A stretch of 64,000 nt of DNA. Origin: Candidatus Babelota bacterium (GTDB taxonomy: Bacteria > Babelota > Babeliae > Babelales > Vermiphilaceae). The position numbers were made by a program, and so were the translations under genes. Position 1 is the first letter of the stretch; each line of letters opens with the position of its first letter. This document shows positions 48,958 to 58,218 of the stretch, in pieces. The stretch is from positions 96,001 to 160,000 of the forward strand of contig JBMOLF010000010.1 in the NCBI GenBank assembly GCA_049325595.1, given 5' to 3'. The notes beneath the pieces were generated by a model. It was not told where the DNA came from. It did no database searches and saw only the letters and a list, made by a program, of their open reading frames with translations.

Positions 48958-50565
48958 TTAGCGGCAAAAATAACCGTGAACCGTAAATGGAATATGGTGT
49001 GGTGCATATGCGCGGGCAATTTCTTTCATGTCTTTTGCATCTAATATAACTAAAAATGATTGTTTTTTAGCAGGATCTAATACTAAGCTTAAAATTATCC
49101 CATCATCTTCTGATTGAGTGCCAGGTCTTGCAACAAAAATTGGTTCAGTTGGATATCCTTCAACATTCCATAGGGTACTTTTTCCTGTATTCACATTAAT
49201 TTTAACTAAATTTTGAGCAAGTTTAGCCCCTACAGGTGTTTCGGTTGCATAAACGTAATTGTACGAGGTTGCATTGTTGTCATAATTAATGCGAGGAAGC
49301 TCGATGGCATGCGATGATAGTAATTTAGTTGCAATTTTTTTATTGGCAGGATCTAGGGTAAATCGTTTTAAATTCCCTTGGGGGGTTGGTTTACTATTAT
49401 CTTTCATATAGTCAAGATAGTATGCCTTGATAATATCCGGATTTTTGTAGCTGATCATATCAAGAATAATTTTTCCATTTTGTTCAAAAGCATTTACTTG
49501 GTGTAACGCAAAAAAAGCATCAGTATTAAGAGTAGTAATATGCTTTCCGGTATTTCTATCAACAACAATAAAGTTGGTTCCTAATTTTGGTTTCCATTTA
49601 AATGTTTCAATAAATGATTTTCCTTTTAAAACCAAATCTATTGGATTTACCACAAAAGGAACTTCTATGAGGATAATATAATGAGGAGTGACTGCAAAAC
49701 TATGCATATAAGATGGATAAGAAACCGGTAATTTGCAGAGAGGAACTCGCTCAGTAGAGCCTTCTTTTAAGGTATAAATAGTATAAGTGCTTGAACGTGC
49801 AAAAGTTGTAGCATAGCTAATGAGTTCTTTGCTCACTGGATCATAATGTGGGTGAGCACAGCTAAATTGAGCTTCAGATAATTTGTCATCAAAGATTATT
49901 GGCTTTTGTTTTTTTAAATTGGTGCATGAACAACACATAGGCTGTGTTGATTCGGTGAGCGCAATATAGTGATCATTCATTTTTATGATATTTACATTGG
50001 TATTATCATAAACTGGGCGTGATGAACTTGAAAAAAGTGATGCCCATTTTGAAAATGTTGAGGTTGGTGGTGGAGTACTACCGGTTATTTTACCTTTTTT
50101 GAGTGATTCTTTTCTATAGCCACTATCAATAAAAGCATTACTGTATTTTATGCCGGTATTAGATATTTTAAATTGATGGAGCATTGCAAATCCATCAAGC
50201 CAATGATCTGCAGTACTATCATTTAGTGCAAATTGTGCGGGGCCAATCGTTAAAAAGTTTCCATTAAGCCATTTAGGCAATGTTCCTTCGATTATCATTT
50301 CATGATTACAAAGTTCTTTACGTTGACAGGTAAACCCGAGATAGTATGTATTATCGTTTTTGTTAACAGAACATTCGGATTTGGGTATAGCAATACAAGT
50401 TGCCAGCTCAGTAGGTTTTTCATGTACCGTTGGCTCTTCTTGCATGAATAGATTGGTAGTTGATTGGGATGTACTAGTAATTAATTTATTTTCTTGAAAA
50501 AGATAGTAATATCCCGTTGTTGCAATGGCTAAAATAAAGAAACTTACCACAAAACTTTTTTTCAT
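48958..50565 (-). CDS. Carotenoid oxygenase (RPE65) family protein with N-terminal anchor
   Basis: G.LPKWLNG, HWLDG, CAHPHYD, YMHSFA, LHQVNAFE, ELPRIN, EP.FV.RPG..SEDDG, PFTVHG (four His ligands). Confidence 0.93.
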   Translation of the reverse strand: MKKSFVVSFFILAIATTGYYYLFQENKLITSTSQSTTNLFMQEEPTVHEKPTELATCIAIPKSECSVNKNDNTYYLGFTCQRKELCNHEMIIEGTLPKWLNGNFLTIGPAQFALNDSTADHWLDGFAMLHQFKISNTGIKYSNAFIDSGYRKESLKKGKITGSTPPPTSTFSKWASLFSSSSRPVYDNTNVNIIKMNDHYIALTESTQPMCCSCTNLKKQKPIIFDDKLSEAQFSCAHPHYDPVSKELISYATTFARSSTYTIYTLKEGSTERVPLCKLPVSYPSYMHSFAVTPHYIILIEVPFVVNPIDLVLKGKSFIETFKWKPKLGTNFIVVDRNTGKHITTLNTDAFFALHQVNAFEQNGKIILDMISYKNPDIIKAYYLDYMKDNSKPTPQGNLKRFTLDPANKKIATKLLSSHAIELPRINYDNNATSYNYVYATETPVGAKLAQNLVKINVNTGKSTLWNVEGYPTEPIFVARPGTQSEDDGIILSLVLDPAKKQSFLVILDAKDMKEIARAYAPHHIPFTVHGYFCR

Positions 50566-50708
50566 AGCCTGATACTTTCGCACTATGTCAATTTAATTGT
50601 TGGTTGGATACATAATTTCAAGTTTATAAGAATAAAAAAGCTAGTCAAATTAACTCGCTATTATTTCAGTTTGAAATAATAAAAATGATGATAATAAGTA
50701 TATTTATT

Positions 50709-50736
50709 AAAAAAAAGGCTCACCGTATGTGAGCCT
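50709..50736 (-). terminator. Intrinsic terminator
   Basis: AGGCTCAC-cgtat-GTGAGCCT with upstream A run on the + strand. Confidence 0.75.
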
Positions 50737-50765
50737 GCCTAAGTTTTGGATAATTTCTAGATAAT

Positions 50766-51449
50766 TTATTCAATCCAGGTAACAGCACCATTTCCAAAAT
50801 TATACACTCCACCAACAATGAGTAAGCGACCTTCCTGAATTAGTTCCTTAAGGAGTGGATTATTGCGTAATTTATTAACTTGATTGCGTACATTAGCCGC
50901 AATAGCTTGTTGTTTAGCATTTGGATTTGTAGGGTTTATGCTAGCAACAGCTGGACGAATTGCATTAATTACTGATTGGATGTCGCCTGGCTGTGGTTTA
51001 TTTGCTAGAGCAGCATCAACTGCGCCGCAATTTTCATGCCCTAAAACTACTATGAGAGGTGTTCTGAATGCAAGAGCTGCAAATTGTAAGCTACCAATAA
51101 GTTCTGCATTTGTTACGTTTCCAGCAACACGAGTAACAAATAGTTGTCCAGACTGAACATAAAATATTGCTTCTGGTGTAACGCGTGAATCAGCACAGCT
51201 TACAACTGCGGCAAAAGGGCTTTGCGCACCGCCGCGATTACGATCAAATTCCATACAAATTCTACCGCCACGCTGGTATTGAATATTTCCTTCTTTCAAT
51301 CGTCTTAAAGCTTCTTGTGGTTTTACATCAGTTGGTTTCACGGGTTCTTCTGTATCATATTTAATTTTTATATTTTCTTTTATTGTTGCAGCAAAATTGA
51401 TGCTCGGTATCACTAATAATAAGAAAAATTTTAAGATTTGTTTAGACAT
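50766..51449 (-). CDS. Beta-class carbonic anhydrase with signal peptide
   Basis: CADSRV, RVAGN, GHENCGAV zinc ligands. Confidence 0.95.
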   Translation of the reverse strand: MSKQILKFFLLLVIPSINFAATIKENIKIKYDTEEPVKPTDVKPQEALRRLKEGNIQYQRGGRICMEFDRNRGGAQSPFAAVVSCADSRVTPEAIFYVQSGQLFVTRVAGNVTNAELIGSLQFAALAFRTPLIVVLGHENCGAVDAALANKPQPGDIQSVINAIRPAVASINPTNPNAKQQAIAANVRNQVNKLRNNPLLKELIQEGRLLIVGGVYNFGNGAVTWIE

Positions 51450-51707
51450 ATTCTCTCCTTTTTTATTTAATTTTTATCTAAAATAACTTGCATTGAGTAT
51501 AAATTTTTTTTTGAAATAATTAAGTAAAATAAATCTACATACTCAATCTTGCTTTTGTGTTCAGAAAACATCTTACAAATATTATAATTATTCTCAGATT
51601 GAAAAATAAAGAAAAAGGTGGCGAAAAGATAATAATTTTTAAGAAAAGCTTTAATACTTATTTTTTTACACAAAAGCTCTATCAATTAATGATAGAGCTT
51701 AAAAGAT

Positions 51708-52184
51708 TTATTGTGGCAGGCAAGAACGAAGCATCCAAGCCATTTTTTCATGTTTTTCCATGATTTCAGTCAAGAAATTGGCTGTTCCTTCATCGTTAAG
51801 TTTTTGTTGTATTGTTACAATATCTTCACGCATATGACGAATAATTGTTTCATGATGCTCAAGCAAATTTTTGATCATTTGTTGAGTTGTTACTTTTTGT
51901 TCAATTTTTTCCTTGATGTGTGCGTATTTAGAAAAATCTTGTAATGTTCCTAATGAGAATTGGCCGAGTGAACGTACACGTTCGGCAATATCGTCAACTA
52001 ATTCAAAAAGTTCTTCATATTGTTTTCTAAAAAAAGCATGCATCGCATCAAAATAGGGATCAACAACATTCCAATGATAATACAGTGTTTGTGTATACAA
52101 AATATATTCATCAGATAATAGCTTATTTAAATGCTCGCATACTAATTTGCGATTGTCATCTGATATGCCAATATTAATTTTCAT
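51708..52184 (-). CDS. dps: Dps DNA-protection/ferritin-like protein
   Basis: HWNV..PYFDAMH, DDIAERVRSLG, HEKMAWMLR; AGGAG RBS before ATG 52184. Confidence 0.95.
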   Translation of the reverse strand: MKINIGISDDNRKLVCEHLNKLLSDEYILYTQTLYYHWNVVDPYFDAMHAFFRKQYEELFELVDDIAERVRSLGQFSLGTLQDFSKYAHIKEKIEQKVTTQQMIKNLLEHHETIIRHMREDIVTIQQKLNDEGTANFLTEIMEKHEKMAWMLRSCLPQ

Positions 52185-52289
52185 GTAATTCTCCTGTATA
52201 AAAATCTCTGTTATGAATATACACAAAAATACATAAAAAAAATCAATGTATTTCTAACAAAAAATGATCTTTAATACAATTCATAAAAA

Positions 52290-52913
52290 TTATTTTTTCT
52301 GAATTGCTTTATTAATTTTTTCTAAATATTCTTCTATGCTATTAATTCCTTTTTTGGTGCGTCTTGCATTGATAATTTCAAATGAAGCATCGCATGGTGC
52401 AATTTCACAATTGCCATTAGCTGGTACCACTTTTGTTCCATATCGTTGTTTTAGTCCTGAGCAAAAAGCCAAATGGTCATATAAATAAGCATAATTTTTT
52501 TTGCTAACCCTATTTTCTTTTGCCAATTGTCTAATAAGCATTAGACATTGAAACTGGAAAACTTGATCATGATTAGCTTGCTGTACAATACTCCATGCAT
52601 AGCTATCATAATCAGTTCCAAAAGTATCTATACATGGCCATTGATAATGAAGCATTATTTTTTTTAATTGTTCAGCATTAAACACGGTGATTTTTTTTAT
52701 GAGTTTTTCATCTTTATATTTTCGTGTTAATTCAATAAGTTTATTGAGTGCTTCTAATTCTTTTTTGGCAATTGAAATAGAATCTAAATTTTTATCAAAT
52801 TCTAGACAAAGCTTTTTTGTTTCTTTAAATACCTCTGCGCAATTTTTGCTGTTATCTTGGCTAAAAAGAGGAAAAAAATTGCAGAGCATAACAATAAAAA
52901 GCTTCATAAGCAA
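52290..52913 (-). CDS. Signal-peptide protein, DUF6624-like
   Basis: N...LKKI...Y.WP, AW.IVQ.A, YAYLYD......KQRYGT, N.RR...G. Confidence 0.7.
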   Translation of the reverse strand: MLMKLFIVMLCNFFPLFSQDNSKNCAEVFKETKKLCLEFDKNLDSISIAKKELEALNKLIELTRKYKDEKLIKKITVFNAEQLKKIMLHYQWPCIDTFGTDYDSYAWSIVQQANHDQVFQFQCLMLIRQLAKENRVSKKNYAYLYDHLAFCSGLKQRYGTKVVPANGNCEIAPCDASFEIINARRTKKGINSIEEYLEKINKAIQKK

Positions 52914-52940
52914 TCCTTAAAATTGGGATAAATGCTTATT

Positions 52941-53678
52941 TTATACTTTAATATTTCTTAAGGCTCGTTTGCAAATTTTGGAGGTATTTTCAGTATGAGA
53001 ACTTAAAATCCATTGTGTGCATAATGATTTTACCCATTCAGGATGGTCTTTTCCTGCATCATTTAGCCAATTGCCGACTGATAATTGAACATATCGACTG
53101 GGATCATCTTTTAATTTTTCTAAAAGTGACAATGCTTGCCAGGGTTCTTTTTTCAATTCTTTAATATGGCTACACCAAACACCACGTGGCCGTGTGATTT
53201 CACAAGCAAATCTTCTAATGTTCTCTTTAGAGTTGTGTGCCCAGGGCAATAAATTTTTGATGCCTTGATGCGGATTTTTAATTATTTCTTCTCTTAAGCA
53301 AAGCCATGCCCATTCACGAACACCAAAATGACTATCATTGGCAAGATCATAAATTAAAGTAAGTTTTTCATTAAATGGCTGTGAGGTTTGTGCGATTAAA
53401 AAGCAAGCTATACCCCGGACTGTATCTGAATTATGAGTTTTAAGAAAATCAAACAAAGTAAATTGATTTTTTTGATATATCAATTGAGCGGTAAGAAGCA
53501 TTTTTTTAGTGATACCAAGGGAATTATTGATAGTAAATTCTTTAAATTCTGGCAAAACAGAAGGAATAAGAATATTAAAATCAATGGACAAAGCTTCCAT
53601 CAAATTTTTAGTTTCTAGCTTTCCGGTATTAAGCAAAAATTTTTTTTCTTGGTTAGACACGATGTTTTGCCTTAGCAT
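52941..53678 (-). CDS. DNA alkylation repair protein (HEAT-repeat AlkC/AlkD-like)
   Basis: D.HFGVREWAW, RRFACEITRPRGVWC.HI, DPSRYVQ.SVGNWLNDA.K. Confidence 0.85.
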   Translation of the reverse strand: MLRQNIVSNQEKKFLLNTGKLETKNLMEALSIDFNILIPSVLPEFKEFTINNSLGITKKMLLTAQLIYQKNQFTLFDFLKTHNSDTVRGIACFLIAQTSQPFNEKLTLIYDLANDSHFGVREWAWLCLREEIIKNPHQGIKNLLPWAHNSKENIRRFACEITRPRGVWCSHIKELKKEPWQALSLLEKLKDDPSRYVQLSVGNWLNDAGKDHPEWVKSLCTQWILSSHTENTSKICKRALRNIKV

Positions 53679-53854
53679 GGCCTGCCAGTCGTAGCCGATT
53701 TATACATATTAGCCCGTGCTATGCTTATCCAGGCCTATTGGCTTGGCACGTGTGCGGCATAGCCTTTGGCGACGACGTAAGCTATGCAGGGCATGCTTCA
53801 TTGTTAAAATGATTTTATGGCTGTGCCATGTGTAGTTCGTAGAACGAAACATGG
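53678..53854. repeat. Composite palindromic repeat array 3' of tRNA-Ser(UGA)
   Basis: Proximal unit (minus, 53854-53818) CCATGT-TTCG-TTCTACGAA-CTAC-ACATGG-CACAGCCA; inverted unit 53712-53800; partial unit from 53678. Confidence 0.75.
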
Positions 53855-53943
53855 AGGAGAGGGAGGGATTCGAACCCTCGATTCCCATCTCTGGGAATAA
53901 CGGTTTTCAAGACCGCCGCATTCAACCGCTCTGCCACCTCTCC
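53852..53943 (-). tRNA. tRNA-Ser(UGA)
   Basis: GGAGAGG acceptor, GCGGT-CTTGAAA-ACCGT anticodon arm, long variable arm, GGTTCGAATCC, CCA. Confidence 0.96.
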
Positions 53944-54001
53944 AATTGAGATGCCTTATTATAATATAAGTAAATTCATAGTTTTTCAAATTTTTTTCAC
54001 T

Positions 54002-54577
54002 TTAATAGACTATTTTATCTTTTTTATCCTGCCATAAGGTGAAAAGTTCTTTGGCTTTAGGTTGGCATGTTGTTACGTGAGTAGTTTTAATAAGACGTTG
54101 TTCTTCAGGGGTTTGTAACTCTTGATAAATTAATGAATCATCAAAACCAACCTGAGCAGCATCAAGTTTGGTAGCCGCATAATAAATATGTCGTGGACGA
54201 GCCCAATAAATAGCGCCAAAGCACATAGGGCATGGCTCACAACTAGTATATAATTCACAATCTAAAAGCTGAAAAGTTCCCAATTTTTGACAAGCAAGCC
54301 TAATTGCCATTACTTCTGCATGAGCAGTAGGATCGTTAAGGCTGGTAACTTGATTAGTTCCAACCGCAATAATTTTACCATTATTAACAATGACTGCGCC
54401 AAAAGGACCACCTTTACCTTCGAGCATGCTGTTCTTTGCTGCATCAATAGCAATATTAAGAAAATAAGAAGATTGATCAAAAGGTAGCACTATTTTTTTG
54501 GGTGTTTTTTTTCTTTTAAAAAAATAATAACCAATGAATAAGCTTACTATAACTACCAAATAAATAAGACCAATCAT
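54002..54577 (-). CDS. Nucleoside/guanine deaminase (GuaD-like, CDA fold) with N-terminal TM
   Basis: GGPFGAVIV, DPTAHAEV.AIR, SCEPCPMC, GFDD. Confidence 0.9.
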   Translation of the reverse strand: MIGLIYLVVIVSLFIGYYFFKRKKTPKKIVLPFDQSSYFLNIAIDAAKNSMLEGKGGPFGAVIVNNGKIIAVGTNQVTSLNDPTAHAEVMAIRLACQKLGTFQLLDCELYTSCEPCPMCFGAIYWARPRHIYYAATKLDAAQVGFDDSLIYQELQTPEEQRLIKTTHVTTCQPKAKELFTLWQDKKDKIVY

Positions 54578-54586
54578 TAATTTTCC

Positions 54587-56422
54587 TTACATATTTTGAT
54601 ATGAATCGAATGAAAAATTATTAATCAAATCACAAGCATAGCATGATCCATTACTATTGCTAATGGTATTGCACATTGAGCAAAGTAAATGTCCGCAGTG
54701 TGTATAGAGTGTATTTGGTATTTCTTTTAATTGATAAGCACAACTAGGACATTTACCATGATTAGATTTCCAAATGCAATGAGCAATATATTCGATTAAT
54801 TCTTTATTTTGTGGATCAATAAGATCCAAGGGTGTTTTACCACTATCAGAGCACCATGTCATATCACTGAAAGTAAAGTTTTTAGTTGATAATAGCCATT
54901 GAACCATTTTTGTATTATTTTCGCGGGCTGCTAGATGTAAACCATTTTCGTTATACTGAGTTAGTTTTTTAATCATGCCTCCTGATTTATATAGAAATTC
55001 ACTAATTGCTATGTTGCCACATGCAATAGCCCACAGCAATGGTGTTAATCCATTAACATATTCATTCTCAAGAAGATCCATATTTTCTTGTAGCAATTGT
55101 TCAAGAAATGTTTGATTGTCAAAATAAATTGATCGATGCACTAAGAAGCTTTTATCTATCTTTAGATTGTTATTATTGCAAAGATATTCTGCAATATCAT
55201 TTTTTTGGTTTTTTAAGGCAATATTTAAAATATTATCATGTTCATCTTGGGCTGACAAAACAACAAAACGATGCTTCTCTATTAAGTTCTTTACAACTTC
55301 CCGGCTGCTTTTTTCGCATGCAAATTTAAGATATTCATGCATTTGAATTTCATCTATTTTAAATTTTTCAAGCAAAGCATTAATAGTTTCACATGATTGA
55401 GCTAAAATCGCTTCGTGTAAAGGGGTATGGCCGTTTTTCGCTTGATAGTTATCAAGAGTTATTTTCTTTTTCTCTTTTAAAAATTCTTTTATAAATTCAG
55501 CCTTGCCATTTAAGGCAGCATAGTGAAGTGCGCTTTTATCTTCTTTATCAGTCTCATTGGATCTGTGTTTTATATGACGAAGAATTTTATAAATATCAAA
55601 ATGTCCTTCACGAGCAGCATAGAGTGCTGGTAGTACAGCAAATATATTTCGTTCTGTTTTTAATTGTGGGCGTACTTCTAAAATTTTTGTTACCATCGCC
55701 ATATTACCTGCTTGAGCAGCAAAATGTAGCACATTTTCTTTGTCTCTACTGGTACTTGTTATTTTTATTCTGTCCATCAGATAACTAAATACATCAATAG
55801 AAACTGTTGGTTTTGCCATAGCAGAATGCAATAATGCATTATTGCCGTGGTCATCCGTTTCTAAAGGATCGTAATGAAACTCTTCAATCATGACTGTAAC
55901 CATTTTAAGACAGCCAGCCTTGCATGCCCAATGTAAAGGGGTTTCACCACGATAATTACACAAAAGATGTTTTCCTTTGAAACTATGTAATATTTTAAAA
56001 GCCTCTATTGAATTATTCTTAGCTGCATAATGATGAGGATAATTACCATGGTCATTTGCTTCAAGAGGGTTCATTTCATATTTGTGTATAAGTTCTTCTA
56101 GTATTGATGACTGATTACCTAATGCGGCTAAGTGAAGCAGAGTTGTTTTTTTTGGGGTTGGGAAATTATATGAGATAGTTAAATCAAACAATTCTTTATG
56201 TCCATAAACAGTCGCATGTTGTAGAGCTTCATTCATCTTTTTAGTAAAATCTGGATCACTTGGAAATTGACTTTTTATAGTGCTTAAGATTAGATCAGCT
56301 GGCTTTTTTAAAAATACCATCTCTTTTATATCACAAGCAGTGCTTTGATTTGTTATTGGTGCGTCGTTGGTGTGGCTTAATAAATGAAATAGAAAAATAA
56401 GTACTACAAAATAAATAGTCAT
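54587..56422 (-). CDS. Signal-peptide ankyrin repeat protein with C-terminal RING-HC finger
   Basis: More than 10 ankyrin repeats (GETPLHWAC, GHTPLHEA, GLTPLLWA); C-x2-C-x14-C-x-H-x2-C-x2-C-x9-C-x2-C. Confidence 0.88.
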   Translation of the reverse strand: MTIYFVVLIFLFHLLSHTNDAPITNQSTACDIKEMVFLKKPADLILSTIKSQFPSDPDFTKKMNEALQHATVYGHKELFDLTISYNFPTPKKTTLLHLAALGNQSSILEELIHKYEMNPLEANDHGNYPHHYAAKNNSIEAFKILHSFKGKHLLCNYRGETPLHWACKAGCLKMVTVMIEEFHYDPLETDDHGNNALLHSAMAKPTVSIDVFSYLMDRIKITSTSRDKENVLHFAAQAGNMAMVTKILEVRPQLKTERNIFAVLPALYAAREGHFDIYKILRHIKHRSNETDKEDKSALHYAALNGKAEFIKEFLKEKKKITLDNYQAKNGHTPLHEAILAQSCETINALLEKFKIDEIQMHEYLKFACEKSSREVVKNLIEKHRFVVLSAQDEHDNILNIALKNQKNDIAEYLCNNNNLKIDKSFLVHRSIYFDNQTFLEQLLQENMDLLENEYVNGLTPLLWAIACGNIAISEFLYKSGGMIKKLTQYNENGLHLAARENNTKMVQWLLSTKNFTFSDMTWCSDSGKTPLDLIDPQNKELIEYIAHCIWKSNHGKCPSCAYQLKEIPNTLYTHCGHLLCSMCNTISNSNGSCYACDLINNFSFDSYQNM

Positions 56423-56477
56423 AGAGCTCCCCCTTACAAAGAAGCTTAGACTATAAGGGGGAAAGATTTAAATTATT

Positions 56478-57053
56478 TTATTGCGCATCAGATTCTTGAG
56501 CTAAACGGAAATAGTGTTCAGCGCGCTCTAAATTGTTTTCAGCTTTATAAAGAGCACTTAAATTGATAAATGCTTCATACAACCGATGTTCGTCGGCAGC
56601 GCGATGAAAATATTTTTTTGCCAATTCAAAGTTTTTTTCTTGCTCATATACACAAGCCAACACAAATTGTGCTTGCGGAAAATTGTTAGTATCAGCAGCG
56701 CAATGTAAATAATGTTTTGTTTTTGTAGCATCAGATTGGGAGTCATAAAACAATCCAAGATTTAATTGGGCATGAGCAAGATTATGCTTGTCAGCTGCTA
56801 TGTGTAAATAGTGAAGAGCTTTTTCTGTATTATTTTCGTGGGCATATAAAAAGCCAAGATTATTGTGAGCGCCTGGATGATCATGTTCATCGGCAGCTTG
56901 ATGATAATATTTTTTTGCTAATTCGTTATTGTTTTCATCTTCGTATAATAATGCCAAATTAAATTGAGATTGTGCATCATTAAGTTGATCGGCGCCAAAA
57001 TGAAGAGCTTTTTTATCTTTAGGTTGATGATCTGAGCAATGATTAGTACACAC
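56478..57053 (-). CDS. Sel1-like repeat protein
   Basis: About 5 repeats of A(Q/H).NL(G/A).LY.......A..Y...AAD. Confidence 0.88.
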   Translation of the reverse strand: MCTNHCSDHQPKDKKALHFGADQLNDAQSQFNLALLYEDENNNELAKKYYHQAADEHDHPGAHNNLGFLYAHENNTEKALHYLHIAADKHNLAHAQLNLGLFYDSQSDATKTKHYLHCAADTNNFPQAQFVLACVYEQEKNFELAKKYFHRAADEHRLYEAFINLSALYKAENNLERAEHYFRLAQESDAQ

Positions 57054-57197
57054 GAAAAATCCTTAAGTGAGTTGATGAGTGAAAAATTAATTAATAATTT
57101 ACAAGATTTTTGTATCTATCTAAAGTAGGTAATTTTGATTGTAGAGAAATTTTTGCAATTTTTTATTCAAGATAAATAACGTACTAGTAAAAGAACA

Positions 57198-57361
57198 TGG
57201 CTTGTCAGCTGTAGCGGGCAATGTTTATAGTGTTTAGTCCAGCCTGCGTGTCTCACTTTGTTCGCTTACTTCGGCGGACAGCTTTCGCCACTTTTTTTAT
57301 AATAATTTATTATTCATTTGAAAGAATATGGCTTGCCAGCTGTAGCTTTAGCGAAAGCTGG
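57198..57361. repeat. Composite palindromic repeat array 3' of tRNA-Arg(ACG)
   Basis: Proximal unit (minus, 57361-57329) CCAGCT-TTCG-CTAAAG-CTAC-AGCTGG-CAAGCCA; inverted unit 57237-57288; partial direct copy from 57198. Confidence 0.8.
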
Positions 57362-57435
57362 TGCGCCTAAAAGGAGTCGAACCTTTAACCTTCAGATCCG
57401 TAGTCTGACGCTCTATCCAGTTGAGCTATAGGCGC
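57359..57435 (-). tRNA. tRNA-Arg(ACG)
   Basis: GCGCCTA/TAGGCGC acceptor, TCAGA-CTACGGA-TCTGA anticodon arm, CCA; 77 nt. Confidence 0.96.
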
Positions 57436-57478
57436 ATATATTTCAATAATATATACAACTTTAAGTTGTATCACAATT

Positions 57479-57637
57479 TGGTTGTGCCATGCAAAGTTCA
57501 TAGAACGGTCCGTCTACGCTTATCCGGGTCATCAGACTCGGCAAGCTTCATCGGACAGCCTTCGCAATTATATATCAAAGATATTTTTAATACCTTAACA
57601 TGGCCTGCCAGTCGGAGCCTTTATTGGCGAAGACTGG
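57479..57637. repeat. Composite palindromic repeat array 3' of tRNA-Ser(GCU)
   Basis: Proximal unit (minus, 57637-57601) CCAGTC-TTCG-CCAATAAAGG-CTCC-GACTGG-CAGGCCA; inverted unit 57508-57565; partial unit from 57479. Confidence 0.8.
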
Positions 57638-57725
57638 TGGAGAGAGGGGGATTCGAACCCCCGCGCCCCATTTCTGGAGCTCTTGCTTAGCAGGCAAGCG
57701 CTTTAAGCCACTCAGCCACCTCTCC
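57635..57725 (-). tRNA. tRNA-Ser(GCU)
   Basis: GGAGAGG acceptor, CTTGC-CTGCTAA-GCAAG anticodon arm, long variable arm, CCA. Confidence 0.95.
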
Positions 57726-57918
57726 GATACAAGACATCAAAGAGAATAAAGCATTTGCCATTTTATGCAAGTAGTTTGACATTTTTTCTATAAGTTTATC
57801 CCTTTTTTTTGTTTTGTATATATCAATTTTTTTATTTTTATAGGTATCTTATAGCATTTAATGGAGCTGGCCTGTTATAATTAAATGCGTATTTATTCAA
57901 CAAAAAAGGATAATCTAT

Positions 57919-58215
57919 ATGCCATTGCTTATTGAAGTTAAAGCAGTACCTCAATCAGGAAGACATGAGTGGTCTTTAGACAAAGCTGGACGTATTAAAG
58001 TGCATTTAAAAAATCCTGCTGAAGACCATAAGGCTAATAGTGAAATTATTAAATCTTTGGCAGAAATAGTTGGTATTCCTCAAAGTAAAGTGGAAATAGT
58101 CGCAGGATTGGCAAGTCGTAATAAAAAAATAAAAATTGGCGCAGAGATTACCTTAGAGCAGTTGTTGCAAAAATTAGGCATCGAGCAACAACAAAATATT
58201 TTTAAAAAAGGCTAA
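57919..58215 (+). CDS. DUF167 (YggU-like) protein
   Basis: VKAVP, PAED.KAN.E, V.IV.G..SR.K. Confidence 0.85.
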   Translation: MPLLIEVKAVPQSGRHEWSLDKAGRIKVHLKNPAEDHKANSEIIKSLAEIVGIPQSKVEIVAGLASRNKKIKIGAEITLEQLLQKLGIEQQQNIFKKG

Positions 58216-58218
58216 TAT

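Noticed and set aside
53804..53989. 61-aa ORF
   Set aside because: Translation through tRNA-Ser(UGA) and the repeat.
53678..57637. CRISPR array
   Set aside because: Repeats are divergent, in mixed orientation, tied to tRNA ends, lack regular unique spacers, and no cas genes are present.
57421..57690. 89-aa ORF
   Set aside because: Antisense to two tRNAs and spans the repeat cassette.
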